Positions 41,498-51,231 of a DNA stretch of 64,000 bases are shown here, in pieces; the first letter of the stretch is position 1, and every line of letters begins with the position of its first letter. Where the stretch lies: NCBI GenBank assembly GCA_049322915.1, contig JBMOPW010000020.1, forward strand, positions 64,001-128,000, written 5' to 3'. A program made the position numbers and the translations under genes. This DNA is from Candidatus Zhuqueibacterota bacterium (GTDB lineage Bacteria > Zhuqueibacterota > Zhuqueibacteria > Thermofontimicrobiales > Thermofontimicrobiaceae). Under the pieces are notes generated by a model, which saw only the letters and a program-made list of their open reading frames with translations, was not told the DNA's origin and searched no databases.

Positions 41498-43315
41498 TCA
41501 TCCGGGCTGCCTGGCGATGGCGTTTTCATCCAGCGCATGAATGACCCGAACGACCGGATACAAATCTTTTTCCCTGTCCCAATAGGGCGATCGTTCGTAG
41601 AAGAAATGCAATCTCGCCCGTGGATTCTCCGCGAAATTCTTATCCGCATGCAACCGCTGTTCAAATTCCCGCCTGATCTCGGGATTGTTATTCAGCATTT
41701 CCTGAGCTAACGGCTCCATCATATAGTCTTCAACGTATTCCCGCTGTTCAAAAATCGTGTTGAAAAATCCCCATCCCACCAGCGCATCCGGCGCCTGGGG
41801 TTCGAGCATGTGCATGATGATTTTCGATTCAGGGCAGCCCAACGGCACGTAATAGGTTCCGGCCGGAAATGTCCGCGTGGATTTTTCACCGTGGGTTTTA
41901 TAGCTGACCAATTGCCTCCCCTCGTAGGGTTCGGTTCGGAATTTCACGTCTGTGAAGCGATAGCCTTCGAATTCCTCGGTGACCGGTTGCGTGAGTCGGG
42001 ATATTTTTACGCCGTGGCATTTCAGCACATCGATCACTTCGGTCCATTGTTGGGGAATCAGGTAGCCCAGCGCAGGGACAATGGTGACTCCCGGCGTGAC
42101 GGTTTCGAACAACACGGATGTGACGTTCCTCGGCTGCTGACGGTAGCTGAGGTAGTCCGCATTGGAGACCAACCCTTTTTTGACCTCAATTTCATAGCCC
42201 CGAAAGAGAAAGGTATCGCCGACATCGGTGCGGGTGATGTAGTTCAGGGCAAATGATTTTCCCGGATCGAAAAGCGCTCCTAATGAAGCCGCTCGTTCGT
42301 CTTCATTCTTCACCGCCTGTAATAATTTTTCAGGATGTTTGGCTATCTCCATCAGCCCGACCAGAATGAAATCATAGGTCGCGGCAACGCGCGCCGGATA
42401 CGGTTTGAGACTGTGCGTCTCGATCAGCATGCCGGCGCGGTTTCGCACCGTGGCGTACGGATTGGAAAGCATGGGTCGCCAGACGCCGCCCATCAGTCCT
42501 TTTTCAGGATGAAGCTGATCGATGAGGCCGGCAAAAGGACCGACCAGATGGCCGCGAGCTTCGAAGGCCGGCAGGACGGCCGGCAGAAATTCATCCCGCG
42601 CCCAGGCAGAAACAGCGCCGCCAAAATCCGGGTGCGTATCGATTTTATAGGTCAGCACGTATTGAAAATCCAGTCCGTCGGTGGTGTGGCAATCATAGAA
42701 CAGATGGGGCTGCCACGCCCGATACAGAGCCAGCCAGGCGCGCATTTCCGGGGCATCGGCTTTGACAAAATCGCGATTGAGATTCAGGCGCGTTGCTGTG
42801 ACGCGCCAGCCCATCTCCGTGGGGCCGTTCTGATTGATGCGATTGTACGGCCCGAAAGCCTCGTGACCATCCACGTTGAAAATCGGGATGATGAGGATGT
42901 CCATGCGTTCAAAGATTTCCGGATAACGATTGTGAATCAGCATATCCCGGGCCAGCATCATGGCGGCGTCCTTGCCTTCGGATTCACCGGGGTGAATGCA
43001 GCACTGGATGAGGACAATCGGTCGCCCGCTGCGAGCAGCTTTTTCCGGAGTGAAATTCATGTCCGAGGAAATGATGAACAGCAACAGCACGCGGCCTTCC
43101 GGGCTCAGCCCGAAGCTCGTCAATTGCGCGAATTGCGACGCCGCATCCAGCCGCTGGAAAAATTCCTGAGTCTCGGCGAACCGGGGCGTTTCAAGGTTGC
43201 CTGATTTTTCGTAATAGGTCTGCCAATCCTGATCCGGGTTTGTCCGCTCGGAGCGACAGGCGACCAGCATGGTTGCGCAGGCCATGATCAGGACTAAAAT
43301 GTGAGTGCGTTTCAT
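41498..43315 (-). CDS. M14 family zinc carboxypeptidase lipoprotein
   Basis: Lipobox LVAC; IHPGE, NLNRD, DCHTTDG motifs. Confidence 0.88.
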   Translation of the reverse strand: MKRTHILVLIMACATMLVACRSERTNPDQDWQTYYEKSGNLETPRFAETQEFFQRLDAASQFAQLTSFGLSPEGRVLLLFIISSDMNFTPEKAARSGRPIVLIQCCIHPGESEGKDAAMMLARDMLIHNRYPEIFERMDILIIPIFNVDGHEAFGPYNRINQNGPTEMGWRVTATRLNLNRDFVKADAPEMRAWLALYRAWQPHLFYDCHTTDGLDFQYVLTYKIDTHPDFGGAVSAWARDEFLPAVLPAFEARGHLVGPFAGLIDQLHPEKGLMGGVWRPMLSNPYATVRNRAGMLIETHSLKPYPARVAATYDFILVGLMEIAKHPEKLLQAVKNEDERAASLGALFDPGKSFALNYITRTDVGDTFLFRGYEIEVKKGLVSNADYLSYRQQPRNVTSVLFETVTPGVTIVPALGYLIPQQWTEVIDVLKCHGVKISRLTQPVTEEFEGYRFTDVKFRTEPYEGRQLVSYKTHGEKSTRTFPAGTYYVPLGCPESKIIMHMLEPQAPDALVGWGFFNTIFEQREYVEDYMMEPLAQEMLNNNPEIRREFEQRLHADKNFAENPRARLHFFYERSPYWDREKDLYPVVRVIHALDENAIARQPG

Positions 43316-43333
43316 GGTTTTTTCCTCATAAAA

Positions 43334-44350
43334 TTAGTGGTCGGTTGAAGCGGGTAACAGCGTATGAATTGTGATTTCAGGCGGGCAGAAAAATCGGACT
43401 GGAACGCCTGAAGAGCCTGCCCCGGTGGAAGTGTAGCCGTACATGGATTCGTATCGCCAACTCCGCGCGGCAAACCGGCGGGGGCAGGAAACATTCAGAA
43501 AAATGGGAATCCGACCGGGCAGGCACACCTGGCCGCCGTGCGTGTGCCCGGCGAGATAGACATTGAATCCCAGCCGGTGCGCCGATTTGTACAGCTCCGG
43601 CGAATGGGCCAGAAGAATTTTCACCTCTTCGTGCGCAATCGCTTTGACTGCGCGATCCAGGTCGTGCAGCCCATAGAAATGGGGATCGTCCACACCGGCC
43701 AGGCCCAGTGAACTGCCATCGCGCTGAATGCGAGCGGATTCGTTGAGCAGCATCCGGATATCCAGTTGCTCGAGGTAGGGGACCATTTCGATAAAATCGT
43801 GATTGCCAAGTATGGCGTACACCCCGTGGCGGCAGTCCAGGTGCGGACGAATTTTCTCGATGTCGGCCATGGAGCGCTCGTATTTGCCCTGAGTGAGCAG
43901 CCGGAAATCGCCGGTGATGACGCACAGATCGAACGATGCGCCGGCCAATCGCCTGATAATCAGGTCCGGCAGAATCGGATCGATATCGAGGTGCATGTCG
44001 CTGAGATGAAGTATCCTGAAATTGTGGAAGCGCACCGGGAGATTGGGGATTTCAATCCGGTTTTCGGTGAGCTCGATCTGCTGGAAATTTTTATAGCCCA
44101 GCCGGTATAGCCCGGTCGCTTTGAAGGCGAATTCCGAAATGGTAGAAATCCAATCGATATTTTCGAAATGAAAATGGCCGACGCCCTTGCCGAAGTAGCG
44201 GGTGATGTGGTCTATCTGACGGGTCAGGCGTTTCTCCAAAAACCCGGGCTCGAACCTGTCCAGCAGCGCCTTTATGTCCGGCCTCAAGAGCGAGGGTGCA
44301 TGGGGCGAATCTGAATCGCCTGAATGGAACGTTTTCGAATGATGCGTCAT
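43334..44350 (-). CDS. Calcineurin-like metallophosphoesterase
   Basis: SDMH, TGD, GNHD, LAHSP, AGHTHGGQ. Confidence 0.92.
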   Translation of the reverse strand: MTHHSKTFHSGDSDSPHAPSLLRPDIKALLDRFEPGFLEKRLTRQIDHITRYFGKGVGHFHFENIDWISTISEFAFKATGLYRLGYKNFQQIELTENRIEIPNLPVRFHNFRILHLSDMHLDIDPILPDLIIRRLAGASFDLCVITGDFRLLTQGKYERSMADIEKIRPHLDCRHGVYAILGNHDFIEMVPYLEQLDIRMLLNESARIQRDGSSLGLAGVDDPHFYGLHDLDRAVKAIAHEEVKILLAHSPELYKSAHRLGFNVYLAGHTHGGQVCLPGRIPIFLNVSCPRRFAARSWRYESMYGYTSTGAGSSGVPVRFFCPPEITIHTLLPASTDH

Positions 44351-44515
44351 GGTCGTGTTCCCAGTTAACTCAGTTTCCGATGAATTCAGGGTTTGTTTTC
44401 AAAATGTGTTTTCAATCGTCATGGCTCCATAAATTGAATCGGATGATTTTCATGAATCTGGCCGACGCCAGGGCGTACTGTGCAGCGCCGGCTGTCACAT
44501 TGCCGGCGGCTGCGA

Positions 44516-46318
44516 TTAAAACGCCTGTCCCACAGAGAAGTAAAACTCGCCGGCTGACTCGCCCGGCTGCCGATCGAATTTGCGGCTGTAGTCCACGCGC
44601 AAAATTCCCAGCGGCGAGTGATAGCGCAGGCCCAGTCCGGCGCCGCCGCGAAGTTCCACAGGGGATAAAAACGAACGGTTCGGCCAGACATTTCCGACAT
44701 CGGCAAAGGCGATGAAGCTGAATTTTTTAATCACCAGATACCGCAGCTCGATCAGATTGAGCGTGAGGAAGATATTGCCGCCGATGGGATTATCGTCCTC
44801 GTTTTTGGGACCGAGAAATTTCTCTTTGAATCCCCGCACCGAGTTGGCGCCGCCATTGAAAAACCGCTCCTGAATGGGTACGGTTTTGGACACGCCGTAA
44901 TTGCCCATCCAGCCCCAGCTCACAGCCGAGGCAATCACAAATCTGGACGTGATGGGAATGAACTGCCGGCGTCGACCGGTCAATTTGATGAACGTGGACG
45001 TGCCCTGCAGAAACGCGCCAGCGCTTTCAATGTCCAGCGACGAGAGCGAGCCTCTGGTCGTGTTGATCATATCGTCCCGCGAATCGCGGGTGACTGTGAA
45101 TATCAAGCTGCGCGTGCTGCCTTTTTCATTCTCTTTCAGCGGTTGACTGAGATCGTTGAGATCCACATCGACGATCTCGTAGCGATAGGCCAGGGACAGA
45201 TTGGAGAAATGTCCCAGCTTTCGGCCGAATGTCAGTCGGATGCCGTGCCGGTTGATGTTGTATCCCGGCTCTTCCCTGCGCTCAACGAAGCCATTGAAAT
45301 CGGTCTTTGTTCGCGTGGAAAATAGCCAGGGATCCGTGAATGACGCTTCGACCCGACGGGTGATGAAACTGGCGAATGTGGCCAGGCCAACCTGCTGCGC
45401 TCTTCCCATCAGATTATTTTGCAGCAATTCCCCTGAACCGCGCCATTTATCCAGTGTACCCCAGCCCAGACCGAAATTCAATTCGGCATTCTGCTTTTCG
45501 GTCACTTCGATCTGAATATCGCGAACGCCGGGCGCTCCCGGTGATTTCTCCATCGGTTTGATGAAGATGCTCTGGAACAGTCCGGTCAAATAGAGCTGCC
45601 GCTGACTCCGGAGTATTTTTTCATAATGATAAATATCACCGGTCTTGAAAACAAGCTCCCGCAAAATGACGTGCGGCCTGGTCTTTTTCAATCCGTTGAT
45701 TTTAATGGCGCCGATTTTCACCTGCGGTCCTTCGCTGATATTGAAATCGATCAGTATTTCATGTTTCTCCGGACTGGCTTTCAACGATGGCCGGATATCC
45801 GCTTCGATGTACCCCTGATTGGCGTACAGGATCAACAGGTTGTAATTGTCCTTTTCGAGCATCTGCTTCTTGAAAGGCTTGTTGATCCCGGACGTGATGG
45901 CGCGGAACAGGACCGGGTCGCTGAAAACGTGATTGCCGAAGAACGAGATGCCGGCAATGGTGGTGATTGCGCCTTCGTTGATTTCAATTTTCAAATCGAC
46001 CTGATTTTTCAGGCTATCGATTTTAATCTGATAATTTTTAATGGCCGCTTCCAGAAAACCTTCGTTGTGGTAGAAGCTGAGAATCACATTCAGGTCATCC
46101 AAAAAAAGGTTGCGCTGAAAGAAATCGCGGTTCAACCAGGAATGCTTTCGGGTGAGCATGATTTTTTTGAGGCTGCCCGCCTGATACGCTGCATTGCCGA
46201 TGAATTGGATATCGTTGACTTTGTATTTCCCCTGGCCTGAGGCAAAGGCCGGCGTCAGGAACGCCGCCAAAGCGCTGGCGAGGAGCAACAGCCGATTGAT
46301 AGAGCGCGAATTGACCAT
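44516..46318 (-). CDS. Omp85 family outer membrane protein (TamA/BamA-like, 3 POTRA)
   Basis: Signal peptide, POTRA repeats, GGANSVRGF, C-terminal FYFSVGQAF. Confidence 0.9.
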   Translation of the reverse strand: MVNSRSINRLLLLASALAAFLTPAFASGQGKYKVNDIQFIGNAAYQAGSLKKIMLTRKHSWLNRDFFQRNLFLDDLNVILSFYHNEGFLEAAIKNYQIKIDSLKNQVDLKIEINEGAITTIAGISFFGNHVFSDPVLFRAITSGINKPFKKQMLEKDNYNLLILYANQGYIEADIRPSLKASPEKHEILIDFNISEGPQVKIGAIKINGLKKTRPHVILRELVFKTGDIYHYEKILRSQRQLYLTGLFQSIFIKPMEKSPGAPGVRDIQIEVTEKQNAELNFGLGWGTLDKWRGSGELLQNNLMGRAQQVGLATFASFITRRVEASFTDPWLFSTRTKTDFNGFVERREEPGYNINRHGIRLTFGRKLGHFSNLSLAYRYEIVDVDLNDLSQPLKENEKGSTRSLIFTVTRDSRDDMINTTRGSLSSLDIESAGAFLQGTSTFIKLTGRRRQFIPITSRFVIASAVSWGWMGNYGVSKTVPIQERFFNGGANSVRGFKEKFLGPKNEDDNPIGGNIFLTLNLIELRYLVIKKFSFIAFADVGNVWPNRSFLSPVELRGGAGLGLRYHSPLGILRVDYSRKFDRQPGESAGEFYFSVGQAF

Positions 46319-46324
46319 GTCGAT

Positions 46325-49300
46325 TTAATGAAATTTGAAGTTAAATTTCAGGTCGAGCCCGGATTTGCCTGTCTGACCTGTATTGCCAATGACGGACAGA
46401 TGTTTGTAAAGCTGATATCCCAGCTTGATTTGCTGTTCATTGGCGTGGCCGACAACCGTTGAATACGTGAGGTTGATGCGGTCGGATAGCTGCTTGGTGG
46501 CTGTCAGTCTCGGCCCCCAGTTTTTATCGACCTGAAAAAGATTGCCCTCGATTGAAATGCTCTCCAGCGAAAGCGTTCGGCCAATTTGCTGTTCCGTCAT
46601 CCCGGCAATTCGCTGGCTGGTGAATTCTTTGAACCGGTCCACGAGCAAGTCCTGAAATGTCGATGTCTTGCCGGCCTCCAGGCCGGTGAATAATGTCCCT
46701 CGGGTGCGCCCCACGGTCAGCATGGCTACAATGTCCGCTTTATCCAGCGAGGGATTGGACGTCAGTACCAGGTCCGGCTTTTCCATCTGTCCGGAAATTT
46801 TCAGAGTGATCTCGTAGCTTGTCTCCTTGATGGCCTGATAATCCGTCACCGTGCAGGTCGCCGTCAGATTGATGTGCGGATTGATCCGTTGCGGGTCGGT
46901 AAAATCGATCAATCCTTCGGTGATTTTGAATTTCCGGTCCAGGTAAAGCACATATCCCTTCTTCACCTCGAGCCGACCGGAGACATTCGGACGGGCGGCT
47001 GTCCCGAAAATATTGAGATTGGAACTCATTTTTATTTTGGCGATGTTGTTATCGATCCAGACGTTCTCCTGCCCCTGGACATTGACGTCCAGCAGCATGT
47101 TGTCGAGGATGCCGGCGACTTGCTGCGACGGACGCTTGGGCCATCGATTCAGCAGTTCTTCCAGTTTCGGCTTGAAATCCATCGTGTATTTCGCCTCGCT
47201 CAAATGAATGGCGCCCTTCAATTTCAGATTCTCTTCATCCTGAGTCAGCGTCAGATTGCCGTCCAGGATGCTCAATTTGAAGAGGTCGGAATGCGTCACC
47301 GTCGCCTTATTCAATTTCAGCGTGAATGAAGAATGGGTCAGTTTGTTGTCAGCGAGATGCGTTCGGCCAAAGAGCGCGAACGTCCCGTCGCCCAGGGCGC
47401 CGGAAAAATCGTCCAAAACCAGTTCATTATCCTGGGCCTGCATCGCTAAATTGATCGCCTGAATCGGCGTTTCCACATTGCGAAATTTCACCAGGCCATG
47501 TTGCACGAAGAAATAGCCATTGATGCGCGGCGCTGCAACTGGCCCGGCGACAAAGATTTTGCAGTTGGCCGATCCTTCGATAGTTTCCAGCGACGGCGCA
47601 AAGGGCGCTAACCAATCCAGATTCAGATTCCCGGCAGCGGCGAAGAAGTTCATTTCCTGAGTTTGCCCGGCGGATGCTTCCTGCGGAAAATCAACGGGCA
47701 GTGAGCCGCCAAATTTGACCCATCCATCATTGATTTTGAAACCGGATTCCGAGAATTTCAGCAACCCCCCTGTCCAACGGGCGCTGATTTGCAGGGAATC
47801 CAGGAGCGCCTCGGCCAATCCGATCTGATTGCTTTTGGCGCTGGCGTAAATCACCGGGGTGTCGGCTGAATCGGAATAGGAAAAAGATAATTCCGCCTCG
47901 CCGGCGAGAGTGACGTCCATCGAAAACAGTTCGGCGAGGGAGCCGAGATTCAGGCGATTGATTCGAAGGACGGCGTGCTTTTTTTCATCCGAAATATACC
48001 GGGCATCGAGCGCGATGTCGGCCACATCGGAAATCGAGCCATGCAACGAGCCGGCATACCCCTTTGTTTCCAGCAGTTCCATGACTCCCTGAAAAGAGAA
48101 TGGAGCGTTTTTCAGTCGGCCGGTGAACTGCTGCAATTGAATCCGGCGATCGTGGCATTGGGCGTGCACCGTTGCGGTGTCAATGGCTGCCAGCGCGGCT
48201 GAAAGAAATTTTCCATTCCGGATGTCGAGAAATCCATCGATTTCTCCCTGCAGGGCCGGGCCAGCCGCTGTCAACGCCGCTGTCAGTTCGCCGGCGATGG
48301 AGAAGGAATCCGGCAAAAACGGGTTGAGCCGTGTCAAATCGAAATGGTCGGCGACCAGCGTCAGCCGCGAGTCCGGTGACGCCGGCAGGTCAGCGAGACG
48401 TCCGTCAAAGGGCAAGCGCCCGTTGATCTCGATCATGCCGCCAGCATGCGAGGCGCGCACGCGGTGCAGCGTCAGCATTTCATCGGCGAATTCGATGTGA
48501 CCGGCGAGGGAGTCCAGCCGGGTGGTCGGCGACCCCAGATGGGATGTCGTCCATTCGAGCGCGATGTGGGGAGCGCGCAGGGGACCGGTCACAGCGCAGG
48601 CGAATGTCAACGCGCCGTCCAGTTCGGTGGGAAAGGACGCCAGTTCGAGCAGCGGAGCGATGCGAATCGCTTCGCCGGAGATGACGCCATTGACGGCGCC
48701 GCGGTTGAATGCGCCGGCGATGGTCAATTCACCGGCAGGCCGGGGAGAGGCGGCGGAATCGCCTTCGAACAATTGCACCGTCACGTCCGCGAACAGAGGC
48801 TGCGGCGCATCGATTTCTCCGCAAATCACAACCTGATTCGCTGCTTTGCTGGCCAGTATCCGATGGATGATAATTTTCTGGTCAGCGTAGGAGGCATGGA
48901 GCGACAGGCTATCCAGCGTGAAAGCATTGAGCCGGCAATTCTCCCAGCGCAAGTTTCCCGATGCCTGCAGTTGTTCGAGGCTGCCATTGGCCGCGACTTC
49001 GTACTGAAGCCGGCCGCTCATGGAATCGATGGGGCTGTCGGAGTTCAGGGCGCTCAGGTTCTCGGTTCGTCCCGCCGCCTGAAAATTATTCACAATAAGG
49101 CCGCTGTCCAGATAGGCAATGCTGCCGCGAGCATAACCTATCGGGAACTGGCTGAAATGTCCGTCCTGAAAAGTGAAATCGAGCGCTGCGGCCGGATGCT
49201 GTACTGTCCCGGAAACCTGGCCCTCAAAATCGAATTGCCCGTTGACATGCTGCACATTGAACAGCCCGGCGATGGATTCGATAGAGGAGAATGCGCCTCG

Positions 49301-50671
49301 AAACTTCGCCTGAATTGTGCTATTCGGGCGCACCTGCCCGCGAAGCGCAAACTGCGAATTTCCCTGGCGCAGTTCACAGGAAATGTCCCCACGGTCGATT
49401 GTGAAGCCGGCGTTGACATCGCCATAGCGCTGAGTTTGATTGACGATATTGCTGATCGTGAGACGACCCTGACCCATCGCGCTGGTCCATGCATCGGCGG
49501 CGCCGCTGAACTGAAGCTCGCCGGAAACTACGCCCCGTGGCGTCTGCGTGTTTTCATGGTACAGGATGGGCAGCATTTCACTCAGATGAAAATTGCTGAA
49601 TGCAGTTCGAAATGAAAATTGTGGCGTTGCATTTTCAACGGAAAGGGAGCCGCTACAGGCCATGTGCCCGTTGAAAGCGTTGACCGAAAAACGGGACAGG
49701 GTATAGGCGCCGTGAGCTGCGCGCCCGTCGGCGCTCAGTTCACGGATGGGAATGCCGTACAATGTGCCGGATGGTATGATCATTCGGACGTCGGCGTCGA
49801 GCTGACGCAGCGGCCCTTCCAGATGCGCATGCGCTTTCAGTTCCCCGCTGAAAGAACGTAGTGAGTCGTTGCTTTGCAGGGCTAACAACGGATTGAGCAG
49901 CGCAAGATTCACAACAGCATCCAGATTGCCATGCGACAGGGATGCGGATTTTAAATCGTATTTCCCGGAAGAAATGAGGGAGATATTTGCAGTACGAAGG
50001 CGCAGAGACGAGAGATTGAGGGTATCGGAAACAAGTGCAAAGTGGAGTTCCAGCGCATCTATCGGCTCGTTGAATCCTCGCCAACCCAGGCTTCCCCGGT
50101 CGATTTTCAATTCACCGACATAGCGATTGGAGACCGTGATCGAATTGAGCGTTGCGTTGATTTGGGGGAGTGTGATTTGTAGCGAATCCACGATGTCATG
50201 GTAATGCACGCTCAGATTGCTGATGTGCAGATGATCGATGTGCACGCTCATCCCTGTCTTGCCTGAGGCTTCGGCCGGGGCGTGATCCGATTTCCCTCGC
50301 CGGAGCGGTTGCGGCAGATTGTAGTCACCCTGTGAATCCTGGTAGATGTGGATCCGGGGCGACGTCAGCTCGATGGACGAGATAGCAATCTTCCCGGCCA
50401 CGAATCCCCAGAGGCTGTATTTCACCAGGATCCGATCGCAGGACACAAAGCGATGTGACGAATCGGCCTGGCTGAAATTCTGAATTCGCACATGGCTGAA
50501 CAGGTCCGTGCGCAGATCGCCCACAGTGACCTGCTGGCCGAAATATGCGCTCAACTCAGACTCCAGCGTCTGCCTCAGCAATTTCTGCCCGGGCGGTATC
50601 CGGAAAAAAATGTAACCGTTCACGAGAATCACGATAATCCCTATAGCGATTCGTGTCACAAATCGTTTCAT
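46325..50671 (-). CDS. Translocation and assembly module TamB-like protein
   Basis: N-terminal TM, long beta-taco region, DUF490-like C-terminus ending GLDLKFNFKF. Confidence 0.87.
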   Translation of the reverse strand: MKRFVTRIAIGIIVILVNGYIFFRIPPGQKLLRQTLESELSAYFGQQVTVGDLRTDLFSHVRIQNFSQADSSHRFVSCDRILVKYSLWGFVAGKIAISSIELTSPRIHIYQDSQGDYNLPQPLRRGKSDHAPAEASGKTGMSVHIDHLHISNLSVHYHDIVDSLQITLPQINATLNSITVSNRYVGELKIDRGSLGWRGFNEPIDALELHFALVSDTLNLSSLRLRTANISLISSGKYDLKSASLSHGNLDAVVNLALLNPLLALQSNDSLRSFSGELKAHAHLEGPLRQLDADVRMIIPSGTLYGIPIRELSADGRAAHGAYTLSRFSVNAFNGHMACSGSLSVENATPQFSFRTAFSNFHLSEMLPILYHENTQTPRGVVSGELQFSGAADAWTSAMGQGRLTISNIVNQTQRYGDVNAGFTIDRGDISCELRQGNSQFALRGQVRPNSTIQAKFRGAFSSIESIAGLFNVQHVNGQFDFEGQVSGTVQHPAAALDFTFQDGHFSQFPIGYARGSIAYLDSGLIVNNFQAAGRTENLSALNSDSPIDSMSGRLQYEVAANGSLEQLQASGNLRWENCRLNAFTLDSLSLHASYADQKIIIHRILASKAANQVVICGEIDAPQPLFADVTVQLFEGDSAASPRPAGELTIAGAFNRGAVNGVISGEAIRIAPLLELASFPTELDGALTFACAVTGPLRAPHIALEWTTSHLGSPTTRLDSLAGHIEFADEMLTLHRVRASHAGGMIEINGRLPFDGRLADLPASPDSRLTLVADHFDLTRLNPFLPDSFSIAGELTAALTAAGPALQGEIDGFLDIRNGKFLSAALAAIDTATVHAQCHDRRIQLQQFTGRLKNAPFSFQGVMELLETKGYAGSLHGSISDVADIALDARYISDEKKHAVLRINRLNLGSLAELFSMDVTLAGEAELSFSYSDSADTPVIYASAKSNQIGLAEALLDSLQISARWTGGLLKFSESGFKINDGWVKFGGSLPVDFPQEASAGQTQEMNFFAAAGNLNLDWLAPFAPSLETIEGSANCKIFVAGPVAAPRINGYFFVQHGLVKFRNVETPIQAINLAMQAQDNELVLDDFSGALGDGTFALFGRTHLADNKLTHSSFTLKLNKATVTHSDLFKLSILDGNLTLTQDEENLKLKGAIHLSEAKYTMDFKPKLEELLNRWPKRPSQQVAGILDNMLLDVNVQGQENVWIDNNIAKIKMSSNLNIFGTAARPNVSGRLEVKKGYVLYLDRKFKITEGLIDFTDPQRINPHINLTATCTVTDYQAIKETSYEITLKISGQMEKPDLVLTSNPSLDKADIVAMLTVGRTRGTLFTGLEAGKTSTFQDLLVDRFKEFTSQRIAGMTEQQIGRTLSLESISIEGNLFQVDKNWGPRLTATKQLSDRINLTYSTVVGHANEQQIKLGYQLYKHLSVIGNTGQTGKSGLDLKFNFKFH

Positions 50672-50810
50672 TAGACGACCAGCTTCCCTTTTGAATTGAC
50701 ATCTTAATTATATTTCGGACTCATAAAAGGTATCATTAAATTCGTTTCGAAACAACATAATTATTTTTTATGAATGAATGAGTCCACTCTGAAAAAAATC
50801 AAAGGTAAAT

Positions 50811-50905
50811 TTCTGTTCCCCGACTTAAAAGGCGGGGCTGTTCAAGGTGTCTAACTTTTAACTTTTTCAATTGAATAGCCATGTCATTTATAACGTGGAA
50901 AAGAA
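50811..50905. repeat. Degenerate inverted REP-like doublet
   Basis: CCCCGACTTAAAAGGCGGGGCTGTTCAA and inverted TTGAATAGCCATGTCATTTATAACGTGG. Confidence 0.5.
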
Positions 50906-51231
50906 ATCATAACCAACGTTTCAAAGCCTCATAAGGCTTTTCCTGATGTCCTTTCTCGTCCCGGTTGCTTGTTGAAATGCGCGCGGCGATTTCAGATCGT
51001 GCGGACGCTTTGATCTAAACTACACCGTCCCGGACATAAAATTTGCGCGTGTTCAGGAGAAAGAACTGGCATTATTTCATGGGGCAACAAATTTAAATTT
51101 GTGAACTTGGAGACCCTGGCTGCATGATTAGTAACAAATTCAAATGCAAAATGTTTCAAGAATTTTAAGTGACTGTCGATAAATGTATGGAATGTATATT
51201 AATAAAACTATATCCATTTTCTGGAGGAAAA

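Noticed and set aside
48446..49615. 389-aa plus-strand ORF
   Set aside because: Antisense to tamB in GC-rich sequence
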